Positions 39,390-50,792 are shown, counted from the first letter of the whole stretch. The stretch: 60,072 bases of DNA, filler included, from Catajapyx aquilonaris (GCA_000934665.2; 4 parts of 4 records of this genome joined end to end with filler, not necessarily neighbours in it); one strand, 5' to 3'. Made by a program: numbers and translations. Notes: a model not told the origin generated them from the sequence alone.

Positions 39390-41562
39390 ATGAAGTTCAG
39401 TGGGCTCCTATGCACCCTACTGTTGGCCATCGCTCTCTTCTCGGATCCAGTGGTGAGGAAAACAATCCATCGGGAAAGATCTAGGAAACTATAGCACTTA
39501 CAAGTTAGTTAGCCGCATAAAATGCAGGACATTCAGCACTTGGCAACGTCCCCGGATTTTCAGGAACGGTGCAGGTAGATGTTCGTAGACCGGTTGGGGA
39601 AACGTATAAGAAATGTAGGAAATTTTTAAAAGAAATCGCACGAGGAAAAGGCTGGGGAGGTAACATTTTAGGAGGCGAGAACAATGATGAAGCAAGAAGC
39701 AGCGATAGTGTGAGGATTGGATGTGCAGAGAGGCAATGCCCGAATCCATTCAAGATTGTAAAAAAATGTAACATAAAAAATTGAGAGTTTGGTGGACTAA
39801 TATCGTAGGAATTTAATTACAGAGAATTTAAAGTAATTTTTGCGACACCCCCACCCCGTTTTGCCTGGATGGAATATATCTTTCGATTAATTATATAATT
39901 CATTGCCTATATTACTGCTTGTAGAGACGAATCAGGTTGTTGATTTCCTTATCTGACAAAGTGACGTTTTGTTTGGGAAAAGGAGGTGGATGCCTATTCA
40001 ATTTGTGTCGTTCTAGACTTTTTCTGTACAATAAGTTTCATAGAATGGCTCTGTCAGTGGACAGGTATCAGGGCCTAAACCATAGGAGAGAGCGACAAAC
40101 GGTTTTCGGATTCGGATTCAGCGGACCCTAAATCGTTTTCTTGGTCAACTTCCGACATTAGAAACTCAGAAACAGTTGAAATAAACGTGCAAATTCGATC
40201 CAATAGTGATGACAAAAATATTGAACTTTGTTCAGCAGAGTAATAATCGAGACATTGCGGTATGAGTGGTAGACACTCGAGTTTGGATTAAAAACAACAC
40301 GGCCTTGAACAAAACATTGTTCATTATAATGATTACTTTTGTCGATATTTTGTTAGAGGAGCAACTGCGCGTGGCCTCCTGAGCTGGGCCTGGAAGATGC
40401 CCTCAACAAGTGCCTGGACCAATACGGAAGGGCCCCTGTAAGTTACTCTACATATTTTAACATTTATAGTAATTTTTAACCATCCGATTTTATCCACGAT
40501 GTAAACAGTGCGCCATCAAATGTGTCATCGAGGCATTCGGTTGGGTAAGTCATGCTCTACTTTTTTTTCCTGGCCCTTCCTCCTGCGTAGTGGTAGGCTA
40601 TAATGTGTCGCCATTTCCTCCCCTGTCGGTGGTCAGTGCAACGACAAGCTGATACCTCAGGCCAAGCTGGTAAAGGGAATCGCAGAAAAGGTTGAAGAGG
40701 CCAAGCTCAAGAAGACTCTCGAGGAGTGCGCCGTTTGCGTCAAGCAGAGAGGCAAGTACCATCCAATCGTAACTCACATTACCGCAATTATCCAACTCCA
40801 AAATTAAGTTGATCAGGAAAAGTGTTTACATTAACATAACAGACGAAAATGACAAAAAACCTCCTTGTAAGATTCAAAAAGAGTCCACCCATTGCCTCCA
40901 AGCTTGCTTCAATAATTCCAAAGCACATTACCAGCATATACAACATAAGAGGCGCAAACATTCCATTTCCGCGTCTCTCTGTTTGGAGTCGTTGCCAAGG
41001 CTGGCGGCCATCTTGAAGTGTGGGGAACGCCAACGAGGTATAAATAGGGTACAGGCAAAAATAGGGTCCGCCATCTTTGATTCACGCGTTTTCTTGCCGT
41101 GTAGTTGCCATGGCCGCCAAAACCATCAAAGATGGCGGACCCTATTTTTGCCTGTACCCTATTCATACCTCGTTGGCGTTCCCCACACTTCAAAATGACC
41201 GGCAGCCTTGACAACGGCCCCAAACAGAGAGACGCGGACATCAGAGGCGCCGACAGAAGTTTGCGCCTCTGCTCCCCTGACCAGAGTGAAATTAATCCGA
41301 CAATAATTGTTACGACAATGAAACCAAAACCTTTTGTATGCTTTTATCGTTTCCGATCAGGAGGGAAGGTGAACCCGAAGCAAGACTCTTGCGTGTCGTA
41401 CGTGTCCCTCGGAATCTGCATGCAGCGTGCCTTCACCCAGGTCAGACCAACAAAATTGCAACCGAAACGCTTCAATTATTATTATCATTTTGCAAGGGCA
41501 ATGATGAATATTCATGCTCCATCTCATTTTGATTCCAGCATTGTCCCAACCTGATTGAATAA
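39390..41562 (+). CDS. Secreted 10-Cys OBP-like protein D (132 aa), recent duplicate of C
   Basis: Exons 39390-39452, 40357-40437, 40509-40544, 40637-40751 (GC donor), 41361-41440, 41539-41562: MKFSGLLCTLLLAIALFSDPV/RSNCAWPPELGLEDALNKCLDQYGRAP/CAIKCVIEAFGW/CNDKLIPQAKLVKGIAEKVEEAKLKKTLEECAVCVKQR/GGKVNPKQDSCVSYVSLGICMQRAFTQ/HCPNLIE*. Confidence 0.87.
40948..41270. mobile_element. Palindromic MITE in intron 4 of gene D
   Basis: agaggcgcaaac / gtttgcgcctct termini with ~110-bp inner arms (gtgtggggaacgccaacgaggtat..aatagggtacaggcaaaaatagggtccgccatctttgat); absent from the matching intron of C. Confidence 0.82.
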
Positions 41563-42194
41563 GCGGCCTGGAAAGGGGAAGAGAGATGCAGACATAAAAA
41601 AAGCAACAACAACAATTGACAACGCAACAATGTGGTCCGAAATCGTGCTGGAAACAAAAAATACCCCACCCATTTAATTCGCACTGTTCTTTTTCGTACT
41701 GTAGTCGCAAACAATACACAATCACCGAGCAGTGGACTCTTCTAATGCAGCGTCGTTTCATTCATTTCCATCTCTTTTAGCGGATGGGGATGGAGTGACT
41801 ATCCGATCACTGTTTAGCAGGTAGTTCCTCCCGCATTGGAAGATGGCCACCATGATGGATTGGCAAGGGATTGGTGGCATGAGGCCTCCATTCATTGAAT
41901 CCCGTACAACATGACGCAGAATCCTTGCAATCAATTAGTTGCGTCCCATCCGGTGGTGGGGGACATTTTGTTTCCTGTCCATACTACTCGTCCTCAGGTT
42001 GAATGTTCCCTGATTGGCTGGAGGAGCGCAAGGTCATTCCGTGCCCCGCGACCATCCAAGAACCGAAATGGGCAAGCCCCCTGGCTTTAATTAGGGCTCC
42101 TTTTGTTCTGCTCCTTCCCATGCTCTTGGATGGTAGGTTATAAAAAGGACGTCCAGATGAGCAGCCCTTCCAAGCGGGGACAAGGGTTCCAGAC

Positions 42195-43553
42195 ATGGCC
42201 GCAACTATGGCTCTCAGGATCGCAGCAGTCCTCCTCCTGGCCATCGCCTTTGGAGTCGACCAGGCTGTAAGACTTGCCCAAAATCAGACCAAAATGTCTT
42301 CTTATCTCTCCCCCTTCCATATAGCAAAGCACCTGCGCGTGGCCTCCTGAGTTGAAGCTAGAATCAGCCCTAAACGACTGCATCGACAAGTACGGAAGGG
42401 CTCCTGTAAGCACTTTTCACTCACTCGCTAATTACCATTATTAATACATTAATTATTAATTCTCACAGTGTGCCATAAAATGTGGAGTTGAAGCCTTCGG
42501 ATGGGTAAGTCTCTATTTGCATCATAGCATACAATCATTGCTGTGTGGCAATCACATCCTTTCAATTTCTCGTCCAGTAATGTAATTTTTTGCGTTATTA
42601 ATAATTGCACCTATTTAATTCCATGTTCGACTATTTTTATTAGAACTAATACTAAATGAATGACTTATAAACACACTATACAGCAGGGGTAGAAATATTC
42701 TGATGCACAGGGGCAATTTGCACTTCCGAAATTATTGTTATCAGATCCTGGAAGTGCTCCAGTTATTCCAACAATTTGGCACGACTAAACCTCGTAATTA
42801 AAAAAATGCACTACACGTACTGTATGTAATTTGCACTCTAGATGAAAGTCTGCAACTTTGCACCTGGACAAATTTTTAAAAGATTCGACCCCTGATACAT
42901 GGCAAAACGTTGGAATCCAAATTATAATTTTAGTTAGCATTAATTTTTTGGATGGAAGGGGCTAATTATGAAGCAGTTACTTTTTGCGTAATTATCTCAG
43001 GTGGTTATCATTATTAGAGCTGCGCTAACATTGTGTACTACTTTTAATGCTTGAAAGTGGACTGCCAAAACATCGGTTCTGTCACTGACGTTCGATGATA
43101 ATATATATTGTTCCCATGGGTTTTGGATGCCTCGAAAAAAAATTAAATTGGGTCTAATATGGCTAACTGAAATGGCAATATTTGAATCTTCCTGGCAATG
43201 ACCAATCCAGTGCAACGACAAGGGAATTCCCCAAGCAAAACTGGTCAAGGCCATCGCTGCTAAAGTGGAAGAGCCACGTCTGAACAAGGCCCTGGAGGAA
43301 TGCGTAGTCTGCGTCAAGCAGAGAGGTCAGTCAGGTCACACCCAAAGGTCACCCCCCACAAGACTGATGTATTCTGCCCGTTTCAGGAGCAAAGGTCAAC
43401 CCTGCGCAGGACTCGTGCGTCTCATACGTGTCACTCGGAATCTGCCTGCAGAGAGCCTTCTCAAAGGTACGTCTGTTGGGACTACCTAACTTGAGAGTGT
43501 CCACTAATTGAATCTCCGTTTACTTGCAGCACTGTCCCAACCTGATAGAGTAG
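42195..43553 (+). CDS. Secreted 10-Cys OBP-like protein E (135 aa)
   Basis: Exons 42195-42266, 42325-42405, 42469-42504, 43211-43325, 43387-43466, 43530-43553: MAATMALRIAAVLLLAIAFGVDQA/QSTCAWPPELKLESALNDCIDKYGRAP/CAIKCGVEAFGW/CNDKGIPQAKLVKAIAAKVEEPRLNKALEECVVCVKQR/GAKVNPAQDSCVSYVSLGICLQRAFSK/HCPNLIE*. Confidence 0.88.
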
Positions 43554-44050
43554 AAAGCGCCAGCCTAACAATGTGGTCCGAAGACAGCAAGCTATTGGTC
43601 ACACTCCATTTCTTTGTAAAATCACAATACAAGCACTAACACAACAATGACGTGTGTATTATCAGGGTCCATTGTTTCTCCTCCTGTCCTTCTTTGATCC
43701 CAGACTTCCTTATTACATTGTGTTAATAAAAAAGGGGTGGCTGGATAAAAATGGACAAAATTTGGATCCCTCATTTTTTTTCTCTCGGAATGCCACGTCA
43801 CATTTGCCCTCATGAGCAAAAAGAGACCAGCCCGAGAGGAAGAGAGGTACACTGGAAAGGCGTGTCCAGTCAGGGTCCAATCTGCAGGCCGAATCTGTCC
43901 TCGTGCGGTTAAACGCCAATTAAAATGTGCAGGGGAAAAAGCCACTTTGCGGACATGACAAAAAGCAAAACGAGACATGATTAAGTCGCATTATTCCAAC
44001 CGGCGCAGTCGATCGGAGTAGAGATAAGGGTAGGTAGGAAGGAAAGAAGG

Positions 44051-44947
44051 ATGTCGGCATTGACATTGTTGGTGCTCTTGTTCGGGTTGCTGCTTCCGGT
44101 CCTATCAGCTGCACCCCCTACCCCACCGCCATGCGAGTTCACACAAGAGGAAGGAAAAGTGCTGGCTGCCATCCGGACCTGCGAGGGAGATCTGGAGGAC
44201 TTCCCCATGGTAATCAAACCAGCATCCAATCGCATATGCTCGCACATGGCGTCATCTAATCAGGGAGTCAAGAAACACTCACAATTTAATGAGTGAATTG
44301 CAAAAAAAAATATCTCCAATAACATGGATGGAATGGTAAATTAGGTAAATTGGCAAATTGGTAAATTAGGTAAATTGGTAAACTGGTAAATTTGGTAAAT
44401 TTGGTAAATGGTAAAAATAGAATCGGAAGGACAGGACTGCTGAACTACACGGTTTCTGATTATATCATCGAATGATTGCATTAGCCAATATTTCATCGAT
44501 TGCATAAAATAATAATATTAAATACACTATTAATTATTACGATTTGCAGTGCCTCGCCAAATGCGTGCTGGAAAAAATGGGATGGGTAAGTACTTGGCGC
44601 AATGTTCCTCTGCACCCACACATTTTTGCGCGAATTCTCTATTGTTGCTCTGCCCATTGCACCATTGAAGGCTAACGAGACTGGCTACCCTGACCCCTGG
44701 AAAGCCCAGGCGGAAATGGAGCAACTTCCGGAAGGACAGTACAAGGAAGCTGCCTTGAGGCTGGTCTCCTGCATCAAAACCAGAGGCAAGCCATCATGCT
44801 AAGGTCACATTACGAGTAAATTGTATAACTCATGCCGGATATGACAATGCTGATTGTTGTTGTCCAGCACGTTTAGCTCAACCTGACGAGGAAAACTGCA
44901 AGACCTACAAGACCATGGGCATCTGCATGAAGCGAGTCATCCAAGTG
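44051..44947 (+). CDS. Secreted OBP-like protein F (last exon lies beyond the end of the piece)
   Basis: Exons 44051-44209, 44550-44585, 44671-44785 (GC donor), 44868-44947: MSALTLLVLLFGLLLPVLSAAPPTPPPCEFTQEEGKVLAAIRTCEGDLEDFPM/CLAKCVLEKMGW/ANETGYPDPWKAQAEMEQLPEGQYKEAALRLVSCIKTR/ARLAQPDEENCKTYKTMGICMKRVIQV. Confidence 0.83.
44333..44415 (+). repeat. Short tandem repeat (GGTAAATT-like units) in intron 1 of gene F
   Basis: ggtaaattaggtaaattggcaaattggtaaattaggtaaattggtaaactggtaaatttggtaaatttggtaaatggtaaa. Confidence 0.8.
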
Positions 44948-45002
44948 GTCAGTACATGGTCACTCACACCCGACTATTTATTATAATTAAAAACTCTAAT
45001 TT

Positions 45003-45102
45003 NNNNNNNNNNNNNNNNNNNNNNNNNNNNNNNNNNNNNNNNNNNNTTAATTAATTAANNNNNNNNNNNNNNNNNNNNNNNNNNNNNNNNNNNNNNNNNN
45101 NN
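45003..45102. other. Artificial 100-nt contig spacer
   Basis: N-TTAATTAATTAA-N. Confidence 0.95.
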
Positions 45103-45227
45103 ATTTCCCTGGAAGGACCGTGGGAAACCACAGAAAACCACGGTCAGAATTGCCGGCCCCGGGATTCGAACCCTGGACCTCCCGATTAGCAGTCGGACGG
45201 CTTATCCACTATGCCAACCTGCTTCGG
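45103..45227 (-). mobile_element. 5' part of a head-A SINE at the contig edge
   Basis: Near-identical to 3982-4106. Confidence 0.85.
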
Positions 45228-47077
45228 TAGCCTACATAATATATGATATAGTAATTTCTGGGTATCAGTTTGAATAATTTATTGTAAAAATCTCATTTAC
45301 CCCGCTTCGTCTATATCCGTTTTTTCCCAGACATTTCTCTATAGGGGACTGCAACTGGTCTTGCAGAAAATGGACAAAACTGTCACTGGATTAAACATGA
45401 TCTAATTACGATTAAATTTCGACAAAAATGACCTGACAGGCAGAACGATCTTATCATTTTTGTCGAAATTAATATATTATTCTTTCATTCCATGCCTTTC
45501 AATGCCTTTTGATAACCTGCGAACCTACTGTGTACTTTTACATAATTATGGGGTAAGACCGGGTAAGACGACTGCACCATACGTCCATACTACACTAGTT
45601 ATTCTCATGTACGATACTTCTGCTTATTTTAGTTGTCTGAAGATTATTTTGTCTATACATAAAGGTGCAAACAAAACATTCCATGTGGCACAGCAATTCG
45701 CTCTATACACTGTAGATTAATGGTACAGACTGTGTATGGAGGTAGGGAATTTTATTGGCAGCTGAAAAGAAGATAAAAACACCTGCCATGTTTTGTACCT
45801 ACAAGTACACTAATGGAGATCGTTTTATGGTGCTATTAAGGGGAAACAAACTTTCTGACCAAAACACTGCATGATTGTCATATATGTCATACACACCCAA
45901 GCTGCAACCTCGGCCATTGTTTTTTTTTGGTTGTATGTGGAGATTACGGGCATCACAGACAAAGCAATCCTCTGTAAATTTTGGAATGCTTCGAGTCCCG
46001 GTTCCCGCATCAGTAAACCGACGCATTGTTGACTTTTCTTACCAAGGTGATTGCCAGGGGGAGTCATTATTATTACCCATGATATTATTACATATTAATA
46101 TTGTTACCTGCTGTGAAATAGATCTCATTGGATGCGCGGGTGTTTTTATATCGTAAATTAATCGTTTTTAACATTATACTATGGTCAGACTATGGTAGTA
46201 CAATACGGTAAATACGTAGCCTACATTGAATAAATTGTTGTAAGTACGGCAGAGTTGATTATTCCGTATTCCACTAAAACCACTGGAACCACTGGTTTAC
46301 AAGCACAAGTTTTACAAGGTCCAAGTGGCATCACCATTATTACTAAGCAAATTTACTTTTATGGTAACAAAATCAATATCATTTGGAACTTGTAAAAATA
46401 CATAAGGGAAATTCTGTAGTTCAATCTGAGACGTTCAGTAACTATAGTTAGCGAACCACAAGTCAGCTCCAGTAGTTCTCAAGCGCGGAAAAAATGCACA
46501 AAAGTGAGGGTTGTAAGCGACAATCCAAGCATAACTGGTTCTGGTGATTGTGCGCGATGTTGCGCGGTTCCATCCGCCCCTCCGTGCTGCAATGTATAAC
46601 CCGAGGGTCCCCCACGCACATATCTATAGACAAAACAAATATAAAAAACTGCCAGACTTTGGACCCATGTCTGCTATGAATAAACAATCCGTCCTGCGAA
46701 CAATGGGTCGTTTGGGCTCTGGCTCCCCCAACCCCCATCTCACACCGGCACATATTATGCGCTCCCTAACCACTTCCTCTTGCCTATTCATACTCTAGTT
46801 GGCCAGTATTCGATAACAAGTGGACCTCCTGTTACGATTATTTTATCAGCGCCATGTATTCAAGATTACACGAAATTAGCAGAATTATCTGCCATACCCT
46901 GGCCATACTATATCGTACAACACAATGAAGAAACAAGTAACAATTGATATGAGAAAGGGTACAGTACTGTACGTATGCACCTATTATTATCATTATCATT
47001 ATTATCATTATCATCACCAACAACAACATCAATTCACCATGACCATTATCATCATCATCAGGCCTATAGTGAAGGGC

Positions 47078-47168
<91 letters not shown>

Positions 47169-47185
47169 CAGCAGCAGCAGCAGCA
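47078..47185. repeat. (GTA)n-(GCA)n compound microsatellite
   Basis: About 30 GTA units followed by GCA units, ~190 bp upstream of the WRAP73 ATG. Confidence 0.95.
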
Positions 47186-47371
47186 TCATGAGCAGCATAT
47201 ATGCATTTGGGTAGGTTTGAACTCCCGCCATTTATTCAAACCATCTGGCTACCTTTGCTTCAGTTTCCTGTCACACTCCCAAAGATCTGGCAACCAGTGT
47301 CCAAGATGGCAGCCTGGTTTTGAATTTGGACGTCGTTTTGATGCGAGTCGTCGGTTGGGGAAAAACGCAGC

Positions 47372-49214
47372 ATGAATTTCTCGGAGGTGTTTCGTCTGAG
47401 CGGGAAGCTGTGCTCGTTCTCCCCGGATGGCCTGTACGTGGCCACGGCGGTGCAGCACAAACTGGTGGTGAGGGATGCCAGGGACATGGAAGTCTTCCAG
47501 TTTCACTCGTGCGGTGACGTCATTCAGGTGATTTGCCCTGCTCTTCACTTGTTGCATGATTGGCTTTAATGCGCACATGGATTCGTTGCATAATACTTGC
47601 TTTTGTCACTGGCTGAGGCAAAGTGTACCTTCACATACCCTGATCATCAGAAAAGACTAACAAGAAAAAAAAAACACTAACATGTGACAATAAAGATAGA
47701 AATTGTACCGACATTTGCAGTATCATAATGAGGTAGACCTTTTTCAGAAACTGGAGTGGTCTTCAGACTCGCTCTATGTCCTATGCGTGATCCCAAACCG
47801 AGACTGGGTGCAGGTGTTCTCCCTGAAGGATGTGGAGTGGACCTGCAAGATAGAGCTTGGAAGCTGGGGTTGTCTGGATGCCTGCTGGGCCCCTGATTCA
47901 AGGCACATCCTGACTATCTCCAAGTTCTACCTCAACATTATGATTTGGTCGTTGACTTCAAAGACATGTTGCTGCATCAAGTACCTGAAAGAGGAGTGTA
48001 CCCCGGTTTTTTCCTTCAGTCCCAGTGGAGAATGGCTGTGTGTGGCAGAGAAGAGGGATGACAAGGACTGCCTTTCTATTTACTCTACAGGCATTTGGCA
48101 GCTTGTCAAGGTAAATTGGCATGTATACAGGGTGGTCGGTAAATGGCGGACAAGCTTCAGGTAGCGAGATTCCTTGTGAAAAACCAGTATATGGAAGTGA
48201 AGGTCATATTGCTTTACGAGGCCTGGTTAGGGCTCACGAGGTCTCCAAAGTTTGGGCCAAATCATGACGTCACATCCGCCTGCGAAATTCAAACAATACC
48301 GTATCGCTGCAGTACACAGTTTGTTACCAGGCGTTGCCAAGTTGACATCCCCCACATTTTCACCAAACAATGGAACCGCATAAACTCCCTGGGACGTTGC
48401 CAGGCACGCGGCGACGACGGTTTGGCAATGCCTGGCAACGTCCCTGCGAGTTTATACGGTTCCATTGTTTGGTGAAAATGTGGGGGATGTCAACATGGCA
48501 ACCCCTGGTAACGCACCGCAGACAGAAGCGATACGGTAGTGTTTGAATTTCTCGGGCGGATGTGACGTCATGATTTGGCCCACACTTTGGAGGCCTCGTG
48601 AGCCCTAACCATGCATCGCAGAGCAATATGACCTTCACTTCCATATACTGGTTTTTCACAAGGAATCTCGCTACCTGAAGCTTGTCCGCCATTTACCGAC
48701 CACCCTGTATAATTACAAGTGTTACAGCAGGACAAATTTCTGCCTTTCTTAAAAGCATTTTGTAAAATAACAACTTTGTACTACAATATTCTTGATTGTT
48801 TGCAGTCCTTTGAGGTGGGGACTAAGAATCTGTGGGGCATGCAGTGGTCTCCTGATTCATCTCTGATCTTGTGCTGGGAATCCCCTTTAGCCTACTACAT
48901 ACAAGCTTACAGCCTGAATGGACGGAGAGTGGGACACTTCAAGATGCAGGTGGATTCGCTTGGAATCCACTGTGTTAAGTGGTCACCTTCTACTCAGTTT
49001 GTGGCCATTGGAAGTTACGATGGAAAACTCAGGGTGCTCAACCACCTTACTTGGAGGCCATTTTATGAGGTTGCACACACTGCCAACATCACTGATTCGA
49101 ACTGCTCTGTTTATGAGGAAGCAGAAGTGCAGACATATGGGTGTACTGCTGATGACAAGGCTACCTTTTCATGCGAGTCCAAGTGTGAGTTTTTTCTTTG
49201 TTAAGCAAGTGCCT

Positions 49215-49249
<35 letters not shown>

Positions 49250-50223
49250 CTTTAAAAAAACACTTTTTTTTTATACGTATGTTATTAACACGCCAAAGGA
49301 TTTCATGAGGGATTTGGTTCCATTGAATAGCCGTGAAATGATTTCTTTCATATAACCATCCCTTAGTCGCAACGGAAAGTAGGTAGCTACCCGGGACCTT
49401 CAGCTTGAGGCGTATACTGTTTACATTGTTCTACATTGTTCCACTGTGCAAACAGTTTTTTTTTCTTTGCCACGTAAGTTGTAATTATCCTTAGTACATT
49501 TAAACAATGATGAAACCTAACATGCCTGTTCCAATTTCTGGTGTGGTAACTGATGATGATTACGTCTACTTTCATAATGCAATCATTCATTCTAGATGAA
49601 ACCATACCAAAGCGCCCATACCACCTGTACAGTGTGAAGGCAGACGTGAAAGGAAACCCAAACATGGGTGTGTCTGAAGTCTTGTTCAGCACAGATGGAG
49701 CGTACCTTGCTACCAAATGTGATAACATACCAAATACTGTCTGGGTTTATGAGGTGCAGGCCAATTTCGAGCATAAAGCAGTACTCAACCACAACAGGCC
49801 TGTGAAGGGTAAGTTACTTTTCAACATATAATAAAATCATAAGACTTGACTTCATTCAGGAGGCATGTTTATGGGGCATTTTAAAATGGCACATTTCTTC
49901 TTGTACCAGAGTTGTTAATGAATTGTTAAGCAAAACTAATATTTTATGATATTGTGATTCTTATTTATGCAGGCATGTGTTGGGATCCAAGCTCCACCCG
50001 ACTGGCCATTTGTACAGGCGCCAACACCATATATTTTTGGGTACCATTGGGAAGTGTGACTGTTGCCATTCCTGAAGATAAGAGATTTGATGTGATGAAG
50101 ATTATCTGGAATCCTTCAGGAACTCAGTTAGCTCTTCTGGGACGGGACTATATGAGGGCTGCCTATTTTGACCAGGATGATGCGACTGCTGATGGAGAAA
50201 AGGATTCTGATTCAGACACTTGA
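47372..50223 (+). CDS. WRAP73: WD repeat-containing protein WRAP73 (WDR8), a centriolar/ciliogenesis WD40 protein
   Basis: Exons 47372-47527, 47748-48110, 48806-49184, 49596-49808, 49973-50223. MNFSEVFRLSGKLCSFSPDG, LEWSSDSLYVLC, WTCKIELGS, CWAPDSRHIL and SLGIHCVKWSPSTQFVAIGSYDGKLRVLNHLTW match WRAP73 as I recall it. AATAAA at ~50268. Confidence 0.92.
48128..48707. mobile_element. Tc1/mariner-type foldback MITE (580 bp, almost wholly palindromic) in WRAP73 intron 2
   Basis: TA|cagggtggtcggtaaatggcggacaagcttcagg ... cctgaagcttgtccgccatttaccgaccaccctg|TA; explains the mirror ORFs 48143-48475 (+) and 48360-48692 (-). Confidence 0.92.
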
Positions 50224-50422
50224 ATATTTTTTTACACAATGTATGAAGGAGGTTGGAGCTATTGATAAATAAAGTGGTTGGTGATCAGTGACGTGGTTGA
50301 TTTAGAGAACAAGCAAATTTAATGTAGGACAAAATTATCGCTGGTCAATCAAGTTGTTCCAAACATGCAATAGGTGTGAAAAGATAGTTTTTGCATGAGC
50401 AACCACTGCCGCATTAGAGTAA

Positions 50423-50550
50423 GGCTGTGTTTACATGTGAGTGATTCACTCAACGATGTAACGAATTGTTTGGGGCAAAAGTACTGGCAACAATCGATTT
50501 TCGCCCACAAACAATTGGGTTTCATCACTCACATGACTGTAAATGCAGCC
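50423..50550. mobile_element. PIF/Harbinger-like MITE
   Basis: taa|ggctgtgtttaca ... tgtaaatgcagcc|taa. Confidence 0.62.
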
Positions 50551-50601
50551 TAATGCCAGAGTTCACACCGGAATATACGAAACCAGGACATTTCCTTGTT
50601 A

Positions 50602-50792
50602 CGCTGTAAACAGCAAACCATTAAAAGAGATTAATGACTAGTGAGTCTCCCATGGAACATCAATTTTTAATGCTCTTGTGATGCTTTTTTGTTGCGAAAA
50701 TTCATCACAAGAGCATTAAAAATTAATGTTCTATGGGAGACTCACTAGTGATGCTCTTTTAATGGTTTGCGGTGGGTTTGCAGTTTACAGTG
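50602..50792. mobile_element. Palindromic MITE between WRAP73 and GTF2H2
   Basis: gcaaaccattaaaagag..actagtgagtctccca..aatttttaatgctcttgtgatg and its reverse complement at ~50703-50770. Confidence 0.7.

Noticed and set aside
45290..46800. Possible minus-strand gene divergent from WRAP73 (several splice-like sites)
   Set aside because: I could not assemble a stop-free, phase-consistent reading frame or recognise a product.
46925..47214. Poly-Val and poly-Ser ORFs (also poly-Ile/poly-Leu ORFs at 56718-57008 and 59560-59837)
   Set aside because: Translations of trinucleotide microsatellites.
48143..48692. Two nearly identical 110-aa ORFs on opposite strands
   Set aside because: By-product of the palindromic MITE; no recognisable protein motif.
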